Position numbers and translations under genes: made by a program. The notes under the pieces were generated by a model, which was not told where the DNA came from, ran no database searches, and was given only the letters and a program-made list of their open reading frames with translations. DNA of 64,000 bases from a virus (lineage: Duplodnaviria > Heunggongvirae > Uroviricota > Caudoviricetes): IMG/VR virus record IMGVR_UViG_3300022173_000112, positions 2,916-66,915 of that record, one strand, 5' to 3'. Positions 8,428 to 17,990 of the stretch are shown here, in pieces. Position 1 is the stretch's first letter, and every line of letters begins with the position of its first letter.

Positions 8428-9106
8428 TTTCTTTCCTCAGTTGTTCACAGTAGAACTCCGATTGCTCTATGCCTGTGACCCTTAAAGAAGGATTCAAAAG
8501 GCCAGCACGAAAGCAAGTTCCAGTGCCTGCGAAGTAATCAACAAAAGACCCACCTTCGGGACAACTGTACTTCATGACACGATCATACAAGACGACCGGG
8601 TGTTGCGTCGGGTGCCATGAACGACGCTCAGCAGCATTGCCCACCACTCGGGGGAAGTTCCATACATCTGATGGAATCTTTGGGCCGGCGGCTCGTTCGT
8701 CTCCCATCCGCATCCTTTCGGACTCTTCACGGATTTGATCGGGGAACCCTGACCCCTGACGCTTGATAAGGAGAATAGGACGGTAGCCATGTGACAAATC
8801 CTTCTGGTTGTACTGGCAGAAAGTGTAGAACCAAATGATAGTTCTAATCTCTCTGTCACTATGCCAAATGGCATAATCGTTGGCCCATGCCTTAATGGGT
8901 AAATCCCAAAGGGCATTGTAGCTACACCAGACAATAGGAGCAAGTTCCGTGGCGTGGTTAATCAACCGACAAAGCCACGGAATGTAATCGCTCCGTTTGT
9001 CCGTGTATCCACTGTACTTGAAGCCGATGTTGTCAGGTGGGTCCATGAAGATGCAGTCGGCCTTTTCGTTCCAGTCGTCACACTTGCCGTGAATTAGTTT
9101 GTTCAT
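8411..9106 (-). CDS. DNA methyltransferase (N6-adenine/N4-cytosine, beta-class order)
   Basis: Motif IV-like FMDPPD comes before a FAGTGT (FxGxG) AdoMet motif. 231 aa. Confidence 0.7.
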   Translation of the reverse strand: MNKLIHGKCDDWNEKADCIFMDPPDNIGFKYSGYTDKRSDYIPWLCRLINHATELAPIVWCSYNALWDLPIKAWANDYAIWHSDREIRTIIWFYTFCQYNQKDLSHGYRPILLIKRQGSGFPDQIREESERMRMGDERAAGPKIPSDVWNFPRVVGNAAERRSWHPTQHPVVLYDRVMKYSCPEGGSFVDYFAGTGTCFRAGLLNPSLRVTGIEQSEFYCEQLRKENVITD

Positions 9107-9341
9107 GTTCAGGTATCCAATTCGGTAAGAGTTTGAACTGCACCGACTTCAAGACCTGCATTTCCTGAGCCTGGAAAGCACGGAAATCTTTTTCCCGATT
9201 CGCTTCGGCCCAGGTTGACATTTCATGCTCAGTCTTGAATGTCTTGGCGAGTTCTTCGCCGTGTGCATCTTTCCAAATGACGATGTTCATTTCGGCCTCG
9301 CGTTCTTCAAGATGAAATCCAACACTTGGCCTTCGGCCCAC
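9078..9341 (-). CDS. Hypothetical protein (87 aa)
   Basis: ORF track. Confidence 0.35.
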   Translation of the reverse strand: MGRRPSVGFHLEEREAEMNIVIWKDAHGEELAKTFKTEHEMSTWAEANREKDFRAFQAQEMQVLKSVQFKLLPNWIPEHEQTNSRQV

Positions 9342-9544
9342 TCTTCGGCGTCCCTGACCCCTGACAGGCTGCCCCAGGAATCGCCGTTCCAGTAGGCAGA
9401 GGTAGACCTCTTGTCTCTACGGGCACGTTCCTTCGTTTCCTCGATTCCTTTGAGCAGCTTCTTAGCCCACTCTTTGGGATCAGTTTCTTTTGGCTGGCTC
9501 ACGGTGTAGACCCTCTTGGCGTGATACGCTGCTCTCTGATTCAT
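9287..9544 (-). CDS. Hypothetical protein (85 aa)
   Basis: ORF track. Confidence 0.35.
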   Translation of the reverse strand: MNQRAAYHAKRVYTVSQPKETDPKEWAKKLLKGIEETKERARRDKRSTSAYWNGDSWGSLSGVRDAEEWAEGQVLDFILKNARPK

Positions 9545-9941
9545 TGAGCTTCCCCCGAATCCAGTCAGGTGTCTGGTTGATCTTCTCAGCCAACACTTCG
9601 ATCGACATGCTTTTCAATAGTCGTTTCAAAGCGGTGGCGTACTCAACCGGGGTTGTTGTTATCTTGTGAGCGCAAACAAGAAGTTGCATCTCTTCGATTT
9701 CGACATCACTCATCGACTTGATTTCCGCTGGAATTGTTTTCTTTCCACAGTCAAGCGAAGCGTGATACCGAACCAAACCTGTCACCAGTTGAAACTTCTC
9801 ACCCTTAGGTGCAAGAATCACTGGTGACAGGACACCGAGTTCCTTGACAGATTCAACAAAGGCTTTGTACTCTTTGCTGTTCTTGTCAACGAACTCGGAG
9901 GGTGGTTTCAGGATGTCTTTCAACTTAACCAGCGTGACCAA
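9480..9941 (-). CDS. ParB N-terminal-like (ParB/Srx fold) domain protein
   Basis: LKPPSEF...LSPVILAP...LVTGLVRYHA pattern typical of ParB-like nuclease domains. Lies next to the MTase. Confidence 0.45.
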   Translation of the reverse strand: MVTLVKLKDILKPPSEFVDKNSKEYKAFVESVKELGVLSPVILAPKGEKFQLVTGLVRYHASLDCGKKTIPAEIKSMSDVEIEEMQLLVCAHKITTTPVEYATALKRLLKSMSIEVLAEKINQTPDWIRGKLNESESSVSRQEGLHREPAKRN

Positions 9942-10155
9942 AGCTCACCACCGCAGCGATTGCTGACGTAATAAACCCAGGGACACTCAGGTAAAGCGAC
10001 ATGATCGGTGGGTCCATCAGCACCCATGGCGAAACATGTCCATGGGTCCGGTAGTATTCATCCGGTAGATGACACTCACTGACCCATGACACAAGACAAA
10101 CGCCAGCAAGGAACACGAATCCCAAGCCGACGGGAATGAACCATTTCTTGTTCAT
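9925..10155 (-). CDS. Small membrane protein
   Basis: Two hydrophobic helices. Contains 12-mer copy (VSWVSE). Confidence 0.4.
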   Translation of the reverse strand: MNKKWFIPVGLGFVFLAGVCLVSWVSECHLPDEYYRTHGHVSPWVLMDPPIMSLYLSVPGFITSAIAAVVSFGHAG

Positions 10156-10694
10156 GCTTCACCAATCCCGTCCAAATGGTGGTCTTCGACGAAGGCATCA
10201 CCTTCCCAGGCGTCACCGCGTCGAAGAATCTCTTGGCCGCGGTCCGATTCCGCGAATTCCATCATCTTGGTCATCGGCCCTTGAAGGGCGTTTGGAATCG
10301 CACGGTCGACTTCACCGTAGGAATCCTTGATCGCACGACAGATGCCGATATGCCGGTTGTAGCTATCGGCGGGGTTCACCTTGCTGAACCCGACTCGAAG
10401 CCCTTCTTCATCGTAGAAGACGATGATGGTGCCGATCGGTCGGACCTTGCACAGTTGCTTGGCGTTCTCCACCAAGGTACGGGCTTCGGTGGTCATGACA
10501 ACGCGATCGGTTTGGTCACCGTAATCGCCGTCCTTGACCCGGTCGAACAGGTACTTGGCACGGGCCAGCCAGATCAGGGCCACCTTGGGATAGGTTTCCT
10601 TCTTGACATGCCGCATCAGGTACTTGTGATTCTCAGCGAAGTCACGGAACTCCGCTTTGCACTTTGAAATGTGCAGGTCTCTTGCCTTATTCAT
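10152..10694 (-). CDS. Hypothetical protein (180 aa)
   Basis: ORF track. No recognisable motif. Confidence 0.45.
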   Translation of the reverse strand: MNKARDLHISKCKAEFRDFAENHKYLMRHVKKETYPKVALIWLARAKYLFDRVKDGDYGDQTDRVVMTTEARTLVENAKQLCKVRPIGTIIVFYDEEGLRVGFSKVNPADSYNRHIGICRAIKDSYGEVDRAIPNALQGPMTKMMEFAESDRGQEILRRGDAWEGDAFVEDHHLDGIGEA

Positions 10695-10894
10695 GTCATG
10701 TTCTCCAGTTTGCGTTTGTTGATGTTATGGTCCACCTGGAACATAACCAGCTGCAAGAACTGCGTCACCAGTCCCGGTGTCGCGATTCCTACCATTTGTT
10801 TTATGGTATGGAGGTTATCTTCTGCTCCCGCCCACATCTGATCGAGCGAGGCTTGGTTCGCATTCAGCATCTTCTCGAACTGTTCTTTGTTCAT
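10691..10894 (-). CDS. Hypothetical protein (67 aa)
   Basis: ORF track. Confidence 0.35.
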   Translation of the reverse strand: MNKEQFEKMLNANQASLDQMWAGAEDNLHTIKQMVGIATPGLVTQFLQLVMFQVDHNINKRKLENMT

Positions 10895-11124
10895 TTCATC
10901 AACCTAACTGCGTCGTCCATCTCACAGATTCGCCCGCAGCGTGGACAGATGTAATAGGAATCGGTGTTGTCGTTTTCCAACTGCAACACCTGATGCACGG
11001 TGTACCGGCGACACGGCATACACCAAGGTCGGTACCACCAAATCTTGATCTGTTCCCAGAAGGTCCAAGTCAAGATGCACACCGTGCCAACAAGAATCAC
11101 AATCGCTTGCTTGTCAGTAACCAT
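10891..11124 (-). CDS. Small membrane/zinc-ribbon protein
   Basis: TM helix plus a CxxC...CxxC cluster. Confidence 0.4.
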   Translation of the reverse strand: MVTDKQAIVILVGTVCILTWTFWEQIKIWWYRPWCMPCRRYTVHQVLQLENDNTDSYYICPRCGRICEMDDAVRLMK

Positions 11125-11560
11125 CCCTAATCCCTTTCTTCATCATGTGATCTTGAACCAGACGGGACACCTGACGCCCGACATCATGCTCCACGTAGTT
11201 CAGAATCTTGCACAAAGCCATCGGCTCTTTCCGTGCAGCCCTGAACATACCGAACTCCAGCGATCTCAAATCGATCTGCATGTTGAAGTTCAAGATGTCG
11301 CAAGCGTGGCTCTGGAATGGATGGGCCGAACTAACAGCCGATCTAAAACACTCCAGTTCCTTGTACTTTGAAGTCTCGGACTTGTGGTCTTGGAGCATTC
11401 GGTTGCTCTCGAATTTTGCGGCCGAAAGCTTGGATTCCAAGTCCTTGACTTGTCGTTGCAAGGATTCGATCTCCGAGTTCTTGGAAGCGTTTGAACGCTC
11501 CGAAGTGACTTTGGAGAAACGTAGCCTCTTGCGTAAATTCTTGAGCTTTTTGTTCGGCAT
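11114..11560 (-). CDS. Hypothetical coiled-coil protein (internal start of ORF 11114..11767)
   Basis: Only the C-terminal ~150 aa of the 217-aa ORF look protein-like (ESLQRQVKDLESKLSAAKFE...). Confidence 0.3.
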   Translation of the reverse strand: MPNKKLKNLRKRLRFSKVTSERSNASKNSEIESLQRQVKDLESKLSAAKFESNRMLQDHKSETSKYKELECFRSAVSSAHPFQSHACDILNFNMQIDLRSLEFGMFRAARKEPMALCKILNYVEHDVGRQVSRLVQDHMMKKGIRDGY

Positions 11561-11777
11561 TGGGCACCACCGGGTAATCCAAGAAGTCTTCCATCTGGAA
11601 CGGTGACCAGATTCCAAAAGCCTTCTTCTTGAGTTTGTGCATGATGAAGTATGCCTCCATAGCACACTCACTATCTTTGCCGTACATGGCACCGAACAAT
11701 CGGTCCTTGGCCCGCTTGTACATTTCCATCGCGTTGCACTTCGGGCCGACGGTTGCAAGGAAAGCAAGACTATTCAT
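11343..11777 (-). CDS. Hypothetical protein; frame conflict with 11114..11560
   Basis: The N-terminal ~75 aa look protein-like. The remainder overlaps a better coiled-coil frame. Confidence 0.3.
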   Translation of the reverse strand: MNSLAFLATVGPKCNAMEMYKRAKDRLFGAMYGKDSECAMEAYFIMHKLKKKAFGIWSPFQMEDFLDYPVVPNAEQKAQEFTQEATFLQSHFGAFKRFQELGDRILATTSQGLGIQAFGRKIREQPNAPRPQVRDFKVQGTGVF

Positions 11778-12157
11778 TGTGTGTCCGCTTTCTTGAGCTT
11801 ACCACCGCGGTGGAATTCCAGGCTGGCAATCATCCGACCACAGTGGCCTTGGATGATGATGTGCGAGGTACCGTTTACATGTGGTTGTGGCACTTGAATC
11901 TTGACTTGCGGTACAAGTTTGCAAAGCTCTCGAAGGTGTTCGAGAATCTTATGCTGCTCAGACACAATGGGTCTGACCACTGACACCAGACTCCCGACAT
12001 CGAGACTCGGCTCGACAAGTACCGGGTAGTATGTGTCGGTGTTCCAAACCATATCTCCGATGAGTACATTGCCGTTCTCGACAACCATGTACCCATCGGG
12101 AGTAATCGGTTTCTTCTTAACCATGGAAGCGACCCGCTGGTGTGTACTGATCCGCAC
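11774..12157 (-). CDS. Hypothetical protein (127 aa)
   Basis: ORF track. Confidence 0.45.
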   Translation of the reverse strand: MRISTHQRVASMVKKKPITPDGYMVVENGNVLIGDMVWNTDTYYPVLVEPSLDVGSLVSVVRPIVSEQHKILEHLRELCKLVPQVKIQVPQPHVNGTSHIIIQGHCGRMIASLEFHRGGKLKKADTQ

Positions 12158-12440
12158 GGAAGTGCAACCGAGTCACTTCCTCAAACTGCCGTGGTTCCAT
12201 TTGGATCGCACGGTCAAGGTACTGTTCCTGTTCGTCAGCCGGCAGGCGTGCCAGGTTGTAGCAGTTGACTGCGGGTGCAGCTTCGACCATCTGTTCTTCC
12301 TGGGTCAGGCGACTCAGATTCAGAATCGAAGCAATCGTGTGAGCCGGCACAGCGAGTCGGATACCGATCTCGGCACAGGTATCATTACCTGCGATTCGGA
12401 GGATTTCATCAACGGCGTTCATTCTTAATTTCCTTTTCAA
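12117..12440 (-). CDS. Small ParB-like HTH protein
   Basis: NLSRLTQEEQ...LARLPADEQEQYLDRA matches the LSRLPEEEQLKFLDKA segment of the ParB-like protein at 17991..18899. Confidence 0.4.
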   Translation of the reverse strand: MKRKLRMNAVDEILRIAGNDTCAEIGIRLAVPAHTIASILNLSRLTQEEQMVEAAPAVNCYNLARLPADEQEQYLDRAIQMEPRQFEEVTRLHFRADQYTPAGRFHG

Positions 12441-12949
12441 GTTGTTGAATCTTGGCTTCGCTAGAAAGCACAGCCAAGATCAGGAGGATGATCCAGAACC
12501 AGAGCCAGAATCTTGATCGTTTCTTTTTTGACACAGGTTCCCCACGGAAATAGGCAACCCAAGTGACTTGGCCGCTAATCGTACCGCTGTTGTCAGCTTC
12601 CGATCAGGCGGGCAAATACACTTCGGGTTATTGCAGAACGTCTTGTCTTTGTAGCTAATCATGTTACCCCACCAGGTGTTGGTCTGATTTCCACTCTGTG
12701 AGTAGACTCCAGATCAGAGTGAATGGGTTGGAGCAACAGTGCATCCAACAACCGTAACTGGCTACCCAGCATGGCCCATGACTAATGACGCCAGCTTTCT
12801 CACGCCGGATTCTCACTTCTTCTGCTCCAATTTTTCCAGCCGCAGTTGAAGCTGTCGGCGTTCCTTCGCTTCATCAGCGATACAGCCACCGACAAAATTG
12901 CCGATGAGCAAGCCGACGAAAACGAGAGCGGTGTTAATTGCGATGTTCT

Positions 12950-13342
12950 TCATTCGCTGATTCCTTGTGTTTGAAACAAAGCGTCATAGTACGCCTTGTA
13001 GTCGCTGTGAAGGAACTCGGTGTAGTGGTGGACACCCACCTTACCCGAGCCGAAGTCGCTGCCCAAGACGCCAGCCAATTGATTCGGGTTCACCATACGG
13101 GCATCGTAGGTGTAGCAGTAGCTCTGGTCCGTGCTGAACCCATGAAAGATCAACTTCGCATGGACAGGATGGATCACGATTCCTGCTTCTTCGGAACACT
13201 CACGAATGGCGGCTTGTCGGAAAGTCTCGCCGGGATCAACCTTGCCGCCCGGCAGGATGACACCGCGACCCTTGGAACATTGAAGACCAAGAATCTTGCC
13301 ACCTTCAAGCCGGATCAACATTGCGGTTCCGATGATAATCAT
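12950..13342 (-). CDS. Nudix hydrolase
   Basis: Nudix box GGKVDPGETFRQAAIRECSEEAGI. Start taken at internal MIIIG, since the upstream part of the ORF overlaps the next gene. Confidence 0.7.
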   Translation of the reverse strand: MIIIGTAMLIRLEGGKILGLQCSKGRGVILPGGKVDPGETFRQAAIRECSEEAGIVIHPVHAKLIFHGFSTDQSYCYTYDARMVNPNQLAGVLGSDFGSGKVGVHHYTEFLHSDYKAYYDALFQTQGISE

Positions 13343-13593
13343 TTGCCTACCAGGTAAAGAGAAACGATGTTGTACGTCATGACCGCAAGGATCAGGACAC
13401 AGATGATTGTTGCACAGCACATGTAGAAAACCGATTCCGAACTTGCCCGTAGATTGGGTAAACCCACGGCAGGACGTACAGCACACGGACCTTCGTGGCC
13501 TTCTTTACGGGAGCAAATCCAACCAGCAGGCGGCTTGTCACAACTCATCCTGGCACCCTCGTATCGTCGTAAGGAATGTTGGGATAGAGACAC
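13339..13593 (-). CDS. Small protein with C-terminal TM helix
   Basis: ORF track. Stop and start overlap the Nudix gene. Confidence 0.35.
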   Translation of the reverse strand: MSLSQHSLRRYEGARMSCDKPPAGWICSRKEGHEGPCAVRPAVGLPNLRASSESVFYMCCATIICVLILAVMTYNIVSLYLVGK

Positions 13594-13898
13594 GCTGCAA
13601 ACTCAAGCTTGATCGGTTCATAACCAAGCATGAGCAAGTGACACTTGAAATCTTCCCAAGTCGATTCCGGGTGTGCACGTTTCCAATCTTCTTGGGTCTT
13701 GACCATCGGTTCTTCCGTGCCAAACCAAGCTTCGCCGTTCACGATATGAATCATGCCCGGCTTCTTCAAACCCATGTACCATCTGGTCCACTTGCCATCA
13801 ATGAAGACATCGTAGCCACCATTCTTTGGTTTCAAATGCACGCAGCATGGTCCACGATTCTCTTTGACGAGACGTTGATAATCGTGCCAGTTGTTCAT
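13545..13898 (-). CDS. Hypothetical protein (117 aa)
   Basis: ORF track. Confidence 0.45.
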   Translation of the reverse strand: MNNWHDYQRLVKENRGPCCVHLKPKNGGYDVFIDGKWTRWYMGLKKPGMIHIVNGEAWFGTEEPMVKTQEDWKRAHPESTWEDFKCHLLMLGYEPIKLEFAACLYPNIPYDDTRVPG

Positions 13899-14110
13899 TG
13901 GAGCGTGACCTCATGTGTGAACTTAATCACATCACCGTTGAGCGGGGCACCAGCTTGAATGAAGCCGAGCCGTTCAATCGAACCGACACACATCAGTTCC
14001 GTATTGTTGTGGCATGGGTGGTAATCTTGTTTCTTACCACGTACTTCAAGCTCTGCGACACCTTTGAGGCTTTCACCTTGGTGAGGGCAATCGCTGCACT
14101 TGGGTCTCAT
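13895..14110 (-). CDS. Hypothetical Cys/His-rich protein (71 aa)
   Basis: ORF track. Confidence 0.4.
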   Translation of the reverse strand: MRPKCSDCPHQGESLKGVAELEVRGKKQDYHPCHNNTELMCVGSIERLGFIQAGAPLNGDVIKFTHEVTLQ

Positions 14111-14415
14111 CGAAGCACTCCTTGAATTTCATTGCCGGTTTTCAATCCACGTTGACGATTCACTTCAATGAATCGAGCAATGTCTTGTGGAGCCATCTTA
14201 CGAGTCTCTTCGATCATCTTGCTAACCGCAAGAATCGTGCCTTCGAGACCTGGACCTTGAGCCGATGCGACAATCTTTCGGCTTCGCAGTCCACCTTTGA
14301 ATCGGTGAACAGCTACGTAGTACAGTTCCTTACTGGCCAGATAGCTGACCATGACGCCCGGAGCGATACGATCGCCTCGGTATATCCTGGCGATTTGTGC
14401 GAGTAGCTCTCTCAT
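14107..14415 (-). CDS. Hypothetical protein (102 aa)
   Basis: ORF track. Confidence 0.45.
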   Translation of the reverse strand: MRELLAQIARIYRGDRIAPGVMVSYLASKELYYVAVHRFKGGLRSRKIVASAQGPGLEGTILAVSKMIEETRKMAPQDIARFIEVNRQRGLKTGNEIQGVLR

Positions 14416-14982
14416 AATGTACCTTGTGTATACAGGCCGTGGAAACCGAAGCTGTCCTTGTACGGTTCATTCTCAACCGAGAATCGCCGAGCAAGTTCAA
14501 TGGGTGCGAACTTCACACCGTGACTCTCTAGCTCTTCACGGTAGTTGACACAGATTCGCCAGTCTTCCGGGTGTGGATTGCCTGGGTTTATCTTTGTCAA
14601 TGCGTGCAATAGCCGCTGACCCCCTGAGACTAAACCCACCATTCCCGACACCTGCACCGTGACACCAAGGTGCCCCGATGTAATCGTATTTCAGAAACTC
14701 ACCAGTCCATGCTCTCGGGTTCACAATGTAACCATCGTGTTGTACTGTGAGGATATGATCCTCAAACATTACTCGATAGTTAGGGAGGTCGAGGATCATG
14801 AACTCGGAGTATTCCTCCATGCTCTTGATCTGAGGAATCGTGATGCAAGTGACGCCTTTGATGTTCTGGCGTTCGTGCGTGAACAAGTATGCATCGCGAA
14901 AGGCAAACTTGTTCATGCAATCTTTCATCACCTTGATCGTTGCTTCAACATACAAGCAGTCAACGGCTACGAGACTGATCAT
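14412..14982 (-). CDS. DUF5672-like (glycosyltransferase-like) protein, interrupted by a -1 frameshift at a G5 run near 14620-14624
   Basis: Frame 1 ends ...DYIGAPWCHGAGVGNGGFSLR. Frame 2 continues QRLLHALTKINPGNPHPEDW... Read together they give the GNGGFSLR-(S/G)-R-L-L arrangement I recall for this family. The two frames meet at GGGGG. Confidence 0.4.
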
Positions 14983-15683
14983 CCTTGCCTCACGATCGGG
15001 TGACCCAAGCAGCTATAATGTAGCCGCTTGTAGCTTGAGTTATGGATCATGCAATTCTGGAACATCGTGTAGTTGAAACCCAAGTCAACTATGTCCACGA
15101 ACCTATGAGGGTGTTGACTCTTGATGTTCACAATCGCTTTGGTGTAAGCAATCGGACCACACAATCTCAACACACCAATCTTGCCAACACCCATGTAAGG
15201 TTGGTAGTCTTTGATGTTCCGAATGACACTACCGATTACTTCTTTCAAGAATGGATGTCCTTGACGCGTGACAATATGCCACTGTTGAAACTCTTGGTAT
15301 GGTTCCAACTCTTCAAAGAACCCTGCACCAGGATTCCGATGTTGGTTCCAGTACGAAAGGATGTACTCGTCATCATCCCTTAGTACACTGTCCAGCGGTA
15401 CGTCAACCGTGGACTTGATATCCAAATAGACCCCACCCGTATGGTACATCAGAAGATACCGAAAGAAGTCGGCTCTCGCAGGACCATAAGCTGGGTCAAG
15501 TGATTCGTAGACCGGGAGCAGGTCGTTGTAATGATGATCGATAAAAGTTTGAATATCGTGGTCATCATATAACCTGTAGCTCCAACCGGGATTTAACCTC
15601 TTTAACTTCTGTGCGTTTTCTACGAACGCAGGGTTGATCTCACTCTTACTTGGCAGAGTTTGGTGAATGATCTTGGGAATCAT
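14979..15683 (-). CDS. Glycosyltransferase, GT32-like (DXD sugar-binding family)
   Basis: N-terminal IPKIIHQTL and ADFFRYLLMYHTGGVYLDI, typical of the Och1/capsule GT sugar-binding region. Confidence 0.6.
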   Translation of the reverse strand: MIPKIIHQTLPSKSEINPAFVENAQKLKRLNPGWSYRLYDDHDIQTFIDHHYNDLLPVYESLDPAYGPARADFFRYLLMYHTGGVYLDIKSTVDVPLDSVLRDDDEYILSYWNQHRNPGAGFFEELEPYQEFQQWHIVTRQGHPFLKEVIGSVIRNIKDYQPYMGVGKIGVLRLCGPIAYTKAIVNIKSQHPHRFVDIVDLGFNYTMFQNCMIHNSSYKRLHYSCLGHPIVRQG

Positions 15684-15737
15684 GGAACCCTATAGTTAAT
15701 GTGGCCCAGTCTTTCGACTGGGCCACGGACACACGTA

Positions 15738-17084
15738 TCACGATCCAGGTGGAAGGACAACGGGAGGCTGAGGCGGCGGAATCACAGGTGCCGGACATGC
15801 AGCCAGCACTCGGGAAAACGCCTGCATCGCTTGCTTGTACTCGTTGTTGTAACGAGTCATGACCGGACCAGCATCAGTGCCAGCCAACGCCGTCTGTGCC
15901 GAGTTCATCGGAGTTGCCGGGTTGTCCAGCATTCCAACGATTCGGGCAACATCACGCTGAGCATTCGCCGGGGTAATTGCCCCGGTGTAAAGCTGCTGTT
16001 GCATGGTGCGGAAGTACCGCTCCATCATGTCCATGCCTTCGCCGGTGCGTTCGTTGATTGCACGACCGATCGAAGTCGGTCCCAACCAAGTCTCGCCACG
16101 GGCTGCACGCAACGCTTCGATCAGACGGTCGATCGCGACAACGTAGAACAGCGTGCAAGGATTTGCCATCGCTGCCATACGGCCACGAGTCTCGAACTGG
16201 AAGCAGTCCTGAATGAGGCGTCGTTCCGCACGGGCACGAGCTTCAATCAGCGGATCGAAAATCCGGTCCAGTTCTCGCTGACCAGCAGGACCAATGACAC
16301 CGCGTCGATTCGGCAGCAGTTCACGGTAGCGTCGTTCAAGGGCTTGAATTGCGGCGAACATCGCCTGGATTTCAGCCTTGAGCAACTGGCAGATGCCAGC
16401 ACCGTCAACACGCATTGTGCGAATCGCTTCGCAACGTGCGAGCAAAGCAGACGCAGCACGCTCGATGTCGTTCATGCTCGTCAACTGAGAGATGCTCTCA
16501 ATCAACTGAACACCAACGGCCACGATCATCACCGAGACACCCGCAGTACGGATGACTCGTGACACCGCACTCACGCCGGCTGCCCGATTTGCGGCGGCAG
16601 CTTCACCCTCAAGCTGAGCAGCAAGCCGCTCAGTCTGTTGTTCAAGAGCTTGCATCTCTTGAACGAGACGTTGATATTCGGCCGGCGTCAACCGTTGCGT
16701 TTCAACGATTCGTGTGGCTTGTTCAGCCGTCTCACCGAATCGTTGCATACGCGTTCGGACTTGAGCCTCGAACGTCGGAGCCTCAGCATCGGGGATGCGA
16801 ATCGGTCGGCCATTCACGATACCAGGTCCTTCCGGGTTCAATGGTCCGCGAATCGCAGGTTGGGCATTGGCCAGGTCAGCCGCAGCTTGACGAGCAGCGA
16901 ATGCCTCAATGTCTCTGACGTATTGCGTCATGTCATTGAGACGATCGATTGCTCGACCATACGCACCGGCCATTTCCGCTGCCAAAGCAGCGTCACCACC
17001 GGCGTTCACTTGGGCAGCACCCGTACCGGCCATTCCAGGTCCAGTAGGGATGCTGTCTTGTGGAGGTCTGATAGGATCAGGCAT
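15738..17084 (-). CDS. Hypothetical Ala/Gln/Arg/Pro-rich protein with one TM segment (448 aa)
   Basis: Long ORF in a markedly GC-rich stretch. Coiled-coil-like composition. No catalytic motif seen. Confidence 0.5.
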   Translation of the reverse strand: MPDPIRPPQDSIPTGPGMAGTGAAQVNAGGDAALAAEMAGAYGRAIDRLNDMTQYVRDIEAFAARQAAADLANAQPAIRGPLNPEGPGIVNGRPIRIPDAEAPTFEAQVRTRMQRFGETAEQATRIVETQRLTPAEYQRLVQEMQALEQQTERLAAQLEGEAAAANRAAGVSAVSRVIRTAGVSVMIVAVGVQLIESISQLTSMNDIERAASALLARCEAIRTMRVDGAGICQLLKAEIQAMFAAIQALERRYRELLPNRRGVIGPAGQRELDRIFDPLIEARARAERRLIQDCFQFETRGRMAAMANPCTLFYVVAIDRLIEALRAARGETWLGPTSIGRAINERTGEGMDMMERYFRTMQQQLYTGAITPANAQRDVARIVGMLDNPATPMNSAQTALAGTDAGPVMTRYNNEYKQAMQAFSRVLAACPAPVIPPPQPPVVLPPGS

Positions 17085-17096
17085 GAAGAAGTTTCC

Positions 17097-17954
17097 TTAC
17101 AGGTTGTTGAAAGAGACGTTGTACGACACGGTGAGATCGACTTCGCCGACGATCGAATCGAGCTTGACGGTCAAGGCAACGGCTTGGCCGTTCGTGCCCT
17201 TGACTTGGCTGCCGTTCGCGTCGATCTTTCCGTTGTTCACGGCGTAGACCTTCATCGCCTGAGCGTAGGTCTTGACGCCGGAGATTGCGGCCAAAGGATG
17301 ACCCAAGAACAACGAACCGCTGGCTCCGCCGCAAGCACAGCCATCATCGCCGGTCGTAACAGCGAAGTTGGCACGGGCGTCACCCTTGACGACCGATTCG
17401 ATCGAGTTGATCCAAACCTTGATATAGCCGTTGAGGCCAGCAAGGCTCGCATTCGAGATGCCGATGACCGCGGAATCTTCGACCTTGTCGTCGCTGACGT
17501 TCAGCAGGACCGAAGCGTTGCCGCTAACCGGGTTGCTGTTCGATGGCGTGAGGTCGATGAAGTCGCTGACCGTATAGTTCAACGTCGCCTGACGAATCGC
17601 GGCGTCGTTCTCGAACGGCAGACTGAGGCTCAGAACCAGCAAGTCCCAGGTGCCATCGGGGTTCACACGCACGGACGGTCCCGGCACGCCGTTGTTCACG
17701 GCGACGTAGACTTTCTTGTCCACGGTGTAGCTGCCTTCATCGGAATCCAACACGCTCACCAACACATCGTTGTTGAGAGAGTTGTGATTCGGCACGCGAA
17801 CTTCAACGTCGCTGCCGTAGCCGGCGATGACGTAACCGGCCACCAAGATTTCGATGATGCCAGTCTTGTTTGCGAATTGACTGGCAGGCACACGAACAGC
17901 TTGGCGATCCACGCGATCCTTACTGCCAAGCACACGAGTCGTAATCGAAGCCAT
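17097..17954 (-). CDS. Hypothetical Val/Ser/Asn/Gly-rich protein (structural-like composition)
   Basis: 285 aa in beta-rich composition. GC-rich. Confidence 0.5.
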   Translation of the reverse strand: MASITTRVLGSKDRVDRQAVRVPASQFANKTGIIEILVAGYVIAGYGSDVEVRVPNHNSLNNDVLVSVLDSDEGSYTVDKKVYVAVNNGVPGPSVRVNPDGTWDLLVLSLSLPFENDAAIRQATLNYTVSDFIDLTPSNSNPVSGNASVLLNVSDDKVEDSAVIGISNASLAGLNGYIKVWINSIESVVKGDARANFAVTTGDDGCACGGASGSLFLGHPLAAISGVKTYAQAMKVYAVNNGKIDANGSQVKGTNGQAVALTVKLDSIVGEVDLTVSYNVSFNNL

Positions 17955-17990
17955 GAATCAATCTCCAAAACGGTTTCAACACAACACGGG

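Noticed and set aside
10176-10667. 163-aa plus-strand ORF
   Set aside because: Antisense to the minus-strand gene 10152..10694, which fits the operon polarity.
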